From Octopus sinensis (Eukaryota): a stretch of 6,592 nt of DNA. The notes beneath the pieces were generated by a model. That model searched no databases, had not been told where the DNA came from, and saw only the letters and a program-made list of their open reading frames with translations. Position numbers and translations under genes: made by a program. Location of the stretch: NCBI RefSeq assembly GCF_006345805.1, contig NW_021829292.1, forward strand, positions 1 to 6,592, in the 5' to 3' direction. Positions 1-6,108 of this stretch are shown here, piece by piece; within the stretch, counting starts at the first letter, position 1, and the number at the start of each line of letters is the position of its first letter.

Positions 1-48
1 TATATATAATATATATTATATATATACACACATCTATATATACACATA
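1..48. repeat. Degenerate (TA)n/(CA)n low-complexity tract
   Basis: tatatataatatatattatatatatacacacatctatatatacacata, seen directly. Confidence 0.9.
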
Positions 49-139
49 CGGCGGAATTTGAACTCAGAACGTAACGGCAGACGAAATATGGCTACACATT
101 TCGCCCGGCGTGCTAATGTTTCTGCCAGCTCGCTGCCTT
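49..139 (-). mobile_element. Family 1 tRNA-derived SINE, head only (3'-truncated)
   Basis: The reverse complement aaggcagcgagctggcagaaacattagcacgccgggcgaaatgtgtagccatatttcgtctgccgttacgttctgagttcaaattccgccg aligns to the heads at 1181-1270 (+) and 4770-4858 (-). It has a B-box-like GAGTTCAAATTC. Confidence 0.92.
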
Positions 140-342
140 ATATATATAGGTTCCTGTTCTGTTATTGTAGACTCAACAAAAAAAGGACTCCATCTAGTGA
201 GAGATAAACATCATTTAATGTACACAATATTTAAAATAAGAACTACAAATAGTTTTTTGCCATAGAAACACTGAGATTAGGCGGATTTATATAACGTGTC
301 TGCAAGCAATCTGCAGGCTCAGGGTACATGGTTGCATATATC

Positions 343-390
343 TGTGTGTGTGTGTGTGTGGTGTGTGTGTGCGTGTGTGTGTGTATGTAT
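343..390. repeat. (TG)n microsatellite
   Basis: Near-pure TG run, seen directly. Confidence 0.95.
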
Positions 391-470
391 ATTGTCTGCT
401 ACTGTAGCTCTGAGCTGACCAAAGTGCTGTGAGTGGATTTGGTGGATGGAAACCAAAATAAGTCTGTCAT
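391..470 (+). mobile_element. Family 2 SINE internal fragment, decayed
   Basis: tgtctgctactgtagctctgagctgaccaaagtgctgtgagtggatttggtggatggaaaccaaaataagtctgtcat aligns to 1860-1938 and 5250-5327 (gtcttctgctatagccccgggccaaccaatgccttgtgagtggatttggtagacggaaactgaaagaagcctgtcgt). Confidence 0.88.
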
Positions 471-758
471 GTGTGCGTGCGTGTGTGTGTGTGTGTGTGT
501 GTATGTATGCGTGTGCATGTGTATGTGCAAGTGTGCATGTATGCATGCAAATGTGTGTGCAAGTGTGCATGTATGCATGCAAGTATGTGTGTGTGCATGT
601 GTATGTATGTGTGTGCATAGTGGTGTGAGTAAAGAGAGAGAGAATGTATGTGTATGCGTGTGTGCATGTGTATGTGTGTGAGTGTATTTATAGTGGTATG
701 AGAGAGAGAGAGAGAGTGTGTGTGTGTATGTGTGTGTGTATGTGTGTGTGTGTGTGTG
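471..758. repeat. Compound (TG)n/(TGCA)n/(TGTA)n/(GA)n microsatellite with higher-order duplications
   Basis: Seen directly. It accounts for the His/Thr and Cys/Val ORFs in the track. Confidence 0.95.
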
Positions 759-881
759 ACTTTCACATCCAGTGCCATGTTAAGACATGGATGCACTGGG
801 TAGTTGACTAGAGGCCCTACAGGTCTAGGGGTCCAATTCAGACCTATCTATGCTTTGTCTTGCTATCATTAAACAGTTTCT

Positions 882-1117
882 ATCATGAGGTTGTGAGTTC
901 GATTCCCAGACTGGGCTCTGTGAATTGTGATGTCACCATACCAGTCTTTGACTTTCCCTTAGATAACATCAGTCTCATGGAGAAGGGGGGCTGCTATGCA
1001 TGGGTGACTGCTGTTCTTCCATAAACAACCTTGCCCAGACTTGTACCTCAAAGGGGAACTTTCTAGGTGCAATCCTATTGTCATTCATGACCAAAGGGTA
1101 TCTTTACCTGTACCTTT
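882..1117 (+). mobile_element. tRNA-derived SINE, 5'-truncated and probably internally deleted
   Basis: 888-909 aggttgtgagttcgattcccag is identical over 22 bp to the reverse complement of 6367-6388 (B-box region of the SINE at 6109-6438). The downstream body and tacctgtaccttt tail are recognised from memory as an octopus SINE. Confidence 0.7.
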
Positions 1118-1162
1118 TATAAGGCCTAATACATTGATTTGCCCTGGGGCTTATAATACTGT

Positions 1163-1179
1163 TAAGATGGTCCCCCCGA
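1163..1179 (+). repeat. Left target-site duplication of the SINE at 1180-1425
   Basis: taagatggtccccccga matches 1426-1442 taagatggtccccctga at 16/17. Confidence 0.92.
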
Positions 1180-1425
1180 AAAGGCGGCGAGTTGGCAGAA
1201 CCGTTAGCACGCCGCGTGAAATGCTTAGCAGTATTTCGTCTTCCACTACGTTCTGAGTTCAAATTCTGCTGAGGTTGACTTTGCCTTTCATTCTTTTGGG
1301 TGGGTCGATAAATCAAGTACCAGTTACGCACTGGTGTCGATGTAATCGACTTAATCCGTTTGTGTGTCCTTGTTTGTCCTCTCTATGTTTAGTCCCTTGT
1401 GGGCAATAAAAAATTTTTTTTTAAA
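1180..1425 (+). mobile_element. Full-length family 1 SINE (tail type 1) with 17-bp TSD
   Basis: tRNA-like head with B box GAGTTCAAATTC (1255-1266); body ggttgactttgcctttcattcttttgggtgggtcgataaatcaagtaccag, which resembles the Deu/Nin central domain (recall); tail ...gggcaataaa; flanked by the TSD. Confidence 0.95.
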
Positions 1426-1442
1426 TAAGATGGTCCCCCTGA
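1426..1442 (+). repeat. Right target-site duplication of the SINE at 1180-1425
   Basis: taagatggtccccctga, partner of 1163-1179. Confidence 0.92.
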
Positions 1443-1773
1443 TATTTCTATCTCCTTACTTTGATTTCATGGTTTCATTGTAAACAAAAGTCACCATCAT
1501 CCAAGCAGGGTTCTTCATTTCCAATATTCCATGAAAAACATTGCTTGCCTTGAAGAATCCATAAACTTGGTTTTTAACAGAATAACGTTCTTTAGTAATC
1601 TTTTAATCCTATGTTTTCCATAGATCATGGGCACATCCACTCACCACTTTTTTGCCTTTTACTTGTACTGGTTTTCTTCTGAAAACTTTATTTTGGATCA
1701 AAAGATTTTCATCTTTGTAGAGTTGCATATATGCATGACAGTGTAAGGATAAGATTTGTATATTGTTTTTAAT

Positions 1774-2160
1774 AGGCGCAGGAGTGGCTGTGTTATAAGT
1801 AGCTTGCTTATGAACCACATGGTTCTGGGTTCATTCCCACTGTGTGGCACCTTGGGTAAGTGTCTTCTACCTTAGCCTTGGGCTGACCAAAGCCTTGTGA
1901 GTGGATTTGGTAGACGGAAACTGAAAGAAGCCCATCATATATGTATATATATATATGTATGTATGTATGTATGTGTGTGTGTCTGTGTTTGTTCCTCCTC
2001 CCCCCAACATCGCTTGACAACCGATGTTGGTGTGTTTATGTCCCCGTAATTTAGTGGTTTGGTAAAAAAGACTGATAGAATAAATACTAGGCTTGACTAA
2101 AGGCGGTGCTCCAGCATGGCCACAGCCAAATCACTGAAACAAGTAAAAGAGTAAAAGAGT
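1774..2160 (+). mobile_element. Near full-length family 2 SINE with internal TA/TATG/TG microsatellite (about 1937-1982)
   Basis: Head aggcgcaggagtggctgtg...ggttcattccc, then a CORE-like ccttgggtaagtgtcttct (family resemblance from recall), microsatellite, 3' body and (GTAAAAGA)2 tail. Collinear with 5164-5326 plus 5826-6042. A possible short TSD taatag at 1770-1775 and 2160-2165. Confidence 0.93.
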
Positions 2161-3009
2161 AATAGTTTAACTATGTTTGATAGATGTCAAGTCACTAAGA
2201 ATATGCTATTATGCTGGTATGTTAGTTGTTTTCGAAGTCCATGGGATACATGACAGAAATAAGATAATGGTTGAAACGGTTTTTATTTAACTGTTACAAC
2301 AAAAAACAATTGCTTCAAGTTATTGTAGTAAAAAGATTAGTAGAAGTTCTGTTGTCCATTTCGTAGGTAGTTGTGTTAATCTGTGGATAACTGCTAGGAG
2401 ACAGGTGGAAGAAGGAGAGAGAACGAGTAAAATAATTTACCTCTCTGGGTTGATGAATAGCAAGGCTGAAAGTTATATGGTCTCACTGACATGTCATGAG
2501 TGAAGAGAGAAAAATAAATAATGAAACACAAGCACTTAGGTTTACAATGTAAACAGCATGCAGATGACAGGTTTGTACTAGAAATAAAAATAAGACATTA
2601 TATCTAACTGAAGAAAGCATACTGCACAGATGAAGCTTTTCGACACCAAATGTCTCAAAAATTACTTACTAGTACACTCGGTTGCACTCATATGCCATTT
2701 GAGAAAGAGTGAACAGACATGGTCATGGAATTCTCAAACTGAAACTAAGAAGTAATATTATATATTTAATTTCCTTTTAATTAAATTGTGTGCTTATTAT
2801 CGTTTTTAATCTTTTTCTATGCAAATATATGTACTTTTAAAATCTCAATACATCTTTTCACATACTGTACAACATCTTTCCCACTGTGTCTTTCATATTT
2901 GTAAACTTGTCTTTCACACTCCCCTTTTTCTTTCTTTGTAACCACCCCCGTAAAAATTTCTAATTATTTTTATCTCATCAAGCTTTTGTAGTTAATAAAG
3001 GAAAAATGA

Positions 3010-3011
<2 letters not shown>

Positions 3012-3076
<65 letters not shown>

Positions 3077-3130
3077 CACTGTTGCTGTTGTTGACGTTGT
3101 CATTGCTGTCATCGTTATTATCATTATCCT
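3012..3130. repeat. (ATT)21 microsatellite followed by degenerate GTT/GCT/GTC/ATC triplets
   Basis: Seen directly. Source of the poly-Ile ORF 3006..3224. Confidence 0.95.
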
Positions 3131-3261
3131 CTTCTTTCAATTTTGTTTTGAATTCTTACCAAGTGTCTTCCCAACACCTAGGACAAAGAAACTCACTGTA
3201 TACACTGGTAGGCCATTAAAATAAAGAGACTAGGTTGTTCATTTACAAAGTCATGTGATAG

Positions 3262-3366
3262 AAAAAAGGGAAGAAAGACAGAGAGAAAAAGGGAAAAAAG
3301 GAAAAAAACAAAAGAAAATGTAGAAAAAGGAAAAAAACAAAAGAAAAATGAAAAAAGGAAAGAAAA
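3262..3366. repeat. Purine-rich low-complexity tract with a ~29-bp tandem duplication
   Basis: aaaaaggaaaaaaacaaaagaaaatg at 3295-3320 recurs at 3324-3350 with one extra A. Confidence 0.85.
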
Positions 3367-3470
3367 TTCACAGCAACAATGTTCTTCTCTATACGTGTGA
3401 CATACCAGTTAAGACAATCTTTTGCATTTCTTGCATGGATGGTAAGCCAGGGATCATCCTCAAATAATGA

Positions 3471-3508
<38 letters not shown>

Positions 3509-3532
3509 ATTATTATTATTATTATTATTATT
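3471..3532. repeat. (ATT)n microsatellite with a single 1-nt interruption near 3502
   Basis: Seen directly. Confidence 0.95.
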
Positions 3533-4071
3533 GAGCAAGAGAGCAGTGCATGCCATCAAAGTGACACTGGGGTAAAATATACGAAGCCCAGTATACCCAT
3601 CATGACTACCTGTCTGATAAGGGTACACCAGTCACATGCATCACAACCATATGTGTGTGACATGGTGATCTTATATCAAGATAAACAGCACATGACCTTG
3701 CAGGTGGGGCCCAGTTAGAATTTTCTTCAGGTTGAGCAGTCCATCCCGCTCAAACGGTCCCTGAATAAGCGTTGTTTAAGGATGTTGAAAGAACCACCCA
3801 TGCTTCCAGAGGTGAACTATTCAAACCCCAAAGAATCCCTCTCAACACATGGCTATGATGCTCCCCCACTACTTCTGCTCGTGATCAGAGATGCACATAT
3901 CGTCAGCCACTAAGGGACATGCTCAACTGGTTAAGGTCAAACAACTGACAAGCAAATCTGTGGTATTGAGCAGAATATTTGCTGTAGCCCATCTTTTATA
4001 CCAAGACAAACAATGTACATGATAACACTTCCAACCAGTTAAGATCAGAAGCCATGAGAGCCACTGGCATC
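3533..4071 (-). mobile_element. ~540-bp interspersed repeat of unassigned class, bounded by ATT tracts (probable non-autonomous retroelement or LINE 3' UTR)
   Basis: Complex sequence sharply bounded by ATT-type repeats on both sides; no tRNA head or long ORF. I recall this as a high-copy octopus repeat. Strand is inferred only from an (AAT)n tail on the minus strand. Confidence 0.55.
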
Positions 4072-4134
4072 TATTATTATCATAATCATCATCATCATCA
4101 TCATCATCATCATTGTTTTATTATTATTATTATT

Positions 4135-4188
<54 letters not shown>

Positions 4189-4192
4189 ATTA
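4072..4192. repeat. Compound trinucleotide microsatellite (ATT)-(ATC)~10-(ATT)6-(GTT)17
   Basis: Seen directly. Confidence 0.95.
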
Positions 4193-4485
4193 CTATGTGA
4201 TGAAAATTCACAGCTTATTTTGCTGGGTAAGATGGAAAGTGTCAGTTGTCCACAGCCAGCAGACTAAAATGACACTTGTTTACTGGTGATGCTTCAAGAA
4301 ACCTGTGAAGAATTCTTGCAGTTCCAAGCAATGCTGATTTTTGTAGGTGTTCTACCTTCGCGCTTGCACCAATCTTTTTCAGCCTTATTGGTACTTGAGT
4401 GTTGATACTTCCAATAACTATTGGTAGCACATCTACTCCTTGACCACAACCTTCATATTTACCACTTCAAATCGTCATAATTACT
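4193..4485 (-). mobile_element. 5'-truncated 3' end of an R4/Dong-clade non-LTR retrotransposon
   Basis: Contains an RLE-domain C-terminal relic followed by a short 3' UTR that runs into (AAT/AAC)n on the minus strand. Confidence 0.8.
4242..4485 (-). pseudogene. Decayed C-terminus of a restriction-like endonuclease (RLE) ORF
   Basis: The minus strand reads NYDDLKW*I*RLWS, then a frameshift, then GVDVLPIVIGSINTQVPIRLKKIGASAKVEHLQKSALLGTARILHRFLEA. This matches the R4/Dong C-terminal pattern KYxDLxxEIxRLW...VxPIVIG(ALG)...LQKxALLGTARILRxVL. Two in-frame stops and one frameshift. Confidence 0.85.
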
Positions 4486-4560
4486 TAATTACATAATTGA
4501 TGGGTCTTATTTTCTGTCCTGCAGGGTGTCCAACAATCCCTCTCCTCACCAACCAAGGTT

Positions 4561-4858
4561 TTCTTATTTCTTTATTGCCCACAAGGGGCTAAACATAGAG
4601 GGGGACAGACAAAGGGATTAAAGTCGATTACATCACCCCTAGTATGTAGTCAATCACAGAGGAGACAAACAAGGACAGACAGACGGATTAAGTTGATTAT
4701 ATCGATCCCAGTGCATAACTGGTACTTAATTTATCGACCCCGAAAGGATGAAAGGCAAAGTCGACCTCGGTGGAATTTGAACTCAGGACGTAACAGCAGA
4801 CGAAATACTGCTAAGCATTTTGCCCGGCGTGCTAATGTTTCTGCCAGCTCACCGCCTC
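4561..4858 (-). mobile_element. Full-length family 1 SINE (tail type 1) with an internal ~50-60 bp duplication
   Basis: The reverse complement aligns to 1181-1410 from head to gggcaataaagaaataagaa, with an extra diverged copy of the actggg-tcgat-taatc-acttaatcc-tttgtctgtcc segment. Confidence 0.95.
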
Positions 4859-4923
4859 ATGTCCAACTTTTTTCTCAAGACCTTTACACTCAAGACCTTT
4901 AAAGGATTATTATTATCATTATT

Positions 4924-5142
4924 AAGATGACAAGTTGTCAGAATTGTTACCACGCCAGAATCATTACTTACCAGACAAAATTTCTTTTAGCTTTACATTC
5001 TGAGTTCAAATTCCTCCAAGGTTGTCCTTGCCTTTCATCTTTTTGGGACTGATGAAATAACTACCAGTCTTGTACTGGGGTCGATGTAATCAACTAACCC
5101 CACTCCCACCAAATTTCAAATCTTGACCCTATAGTAGAAAGG
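4924..5142 (+). mobile_element. Old, diverged family 1 SINE (tail type 2)
   Basis: ttacattctgagttcaaattcctccaaggttgtccttgcctttcatctttttgggactgatgaaataactaccagtcttgtactggggtcgatgtaatcaact aligns to 1247-1351. The tail cccaccaaatttcaaatcttgaccctatagtagaaagg matches 6541-6578 rather than the type 1 tail. Confidence 0.85.
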
Positions 5143-5326
5143 AAAGGTAACAAACTAGCAGAAGGCGCAGGAGTGGCTGTGTGGTAAGTAGCTTGCTAAC
5201 CAGCCACATGGTTCCGGGTTCAGTCCCATTGCGTGGCATCTTGGGCAAGTGTCTTCTGCTATAGCCCCGGGCCAACCAATGCCTTGTGAGTGGATTTGGT
5301 AGACGGAAACTGAAAGAAGCCTGTCG

Positions 5327-5361
5327 TATATATTATATATGGATATATATATATATAAGTG

Positions 5362-5412
<51 letters not shown>
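5327..5412. repeat. Expanded imperfect (TA)n inside the family 2 SINE
   Basis: Seen directly. Confidence 0.95.
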
Positions 5413-5415
5413 AAG

Positions 5416-5820
5416 AGGATTAGAATCGAAATCGATCAATGGAAATCGATCAATGGAAATTGCAGATGTGTTACCAGTGCCGGTGGCATGTAAGAGAACC
5501 TTCCGTTCGCGACCGTTGCAGCACCGCCCCGTTTCGTGTCCGTTTGCCAGCCTCGCCTGGCCCTCATGTCGGTGGCACATAAAAAGCCCCATCCGTTCGT
5601 GGCCGTTTGCCAGCTCTGTCTGGCACCAGTGCGGGTGGCACGTAAAAAGCACCCACTACACTCACGGAAGTTGTTGGCGTTAGGAAGGGCATCCAGCCGT
5701 AGAACACTGCCAGATTTGACTGGGCCTGATGAAGCCTTATGGCTTTCACAGACCCCAGTAGAACCGTCCAACCATGCTAGCATGGAAAGTGGACGCTAAA
5801 CGATGATGATGATGATGATG
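5416..5820 (+). mobile_element. (GAT)n-tailed retroposon with internal tandem modules, probably RTE-associated
   Basis: Ends in cgatgatgatgatgatgatg; flanked by ataag at 5411-5415 and 5821-5825. gttggcgttaggaagggcatccagccgtagaa resembles RTE-derived segments of bipartite SINEs (recall). Confidence 0.8.
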
Positions 5821-6108
5821 ATAAGTGTGTGTGTATATGTTTGCGTTGTCTGTGTTTTGTCCCCCCAACATTGCTTGACAACTGATGCTGGTGTTTTTAT
5901 GTTCCCGTCACTTAGCGGTTCGGCAAAAGCGACCGAGAAGAAAATATACTGGGCTTACAAAGAATAAGTCCCGGGGTCGATTGCTCGACTAAAGGCTCGT
6001 GCCCACATGGCCACAGTCAAATGACTGAAAACAAGTAAAAGAGGTAAAGTGTAAGCCAGAAAAAATGTTTCATGATATTTCTTCTGGTTTCTTCTAAGTT
6101 TAAATTCT

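Larger units (their letters stand above)
770..1441. mobile_element. Putative old hAT/Tip100-like non-autonomous DNA transposon (MITE) interrupted by two SINEs
   Basis: Left end is cagtgccatgttaa (770-783). The reconstructed right end reads cagggggaccatcttaa on the minus strand. CAG...CTG termini; gccatgttaa vs accatcttaa match 8/10. Both ends resemble CAGGGCCGTCTTAA-type termini that I recall from hAT/Tip100 families. No clean 8-bp TSD is visible. Confidence 0.55.
5164..6042 (+). mobile_element. Family 2 SINE interrupted in its internal microsatellite (pieces 5164-5415 and 5821-6042)
   Basis: Both pieces are collinear with the uninterrupted copy at 1774-2160. A-box-like TGGCTGTGTGG and B-box-like GGTTCAGTCCC; tail caagtaaaagag. 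Confidence 0.93.

Noticed and set aside
319-796. His/Thr- and Cys/Val-rich ORFs (319..618, 433..681, 446..628, 467..796)
   Set aside because: They are translations of TG/CA microsatellites.
762-1449. 8-bp hAT TSD around the putative MITE
   Set aside because: Flanks ttcacatc and atatttct do not match; this lowers confidence in the MITE boundaries.
1609-1818. 69-aa minus-strand ORF and neighbouring short frames in 1443-1770
   Set aside because: No recognisable motif, frequent stops nearby, and it starts inside a SINE head.
3006-3718. Poly-Ile and poly-Leu ORFs (3006..3224, 3467..3718) resembling signal or membrane peptides
   Set aside because: Produced by (ATT)n tracts; the remainder has no recognisable motif.
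3560-3910. Partial hammerhead cores in the 540-bp element (CTGATAA on plus, CTGACGA on minus)
   Set aside because: No correctly placed GAAA and no consistent three-stem fold could be built by eye.
4527-4867. tgtccaac at 4527-4534 and 4860-4867 as a TSD of the 4561-4858 SINE
   Set aside because: 26 unrelated bases separate the left copy from the SINE tail, so it cannot be called a TSD.
5473-5653. Three spaced repeats resembling a CRISPR array
   Set aside because: Repeats are diverged, spacings are unequal (89 and 63 bp), the spacers are themselves repetitive, and the context is eukaryotic with no cas genes.
5719-5759. Hammerhead-like CTGATGA followed by the hairpin agcc-ttat-ggct inside an actggg/cccagt stem
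   Set aside because: The required GAAA after stem II and a stem III/NUH cleavage site are absent; likely coincidental. An Rfam scan of the family consensus would settle it.
5339-5799. Five overlapping ORFs of 61-115 aa
   Set aside because: They span a TA tract and a GC-rich repeat with few stop codons; no domain recognised.
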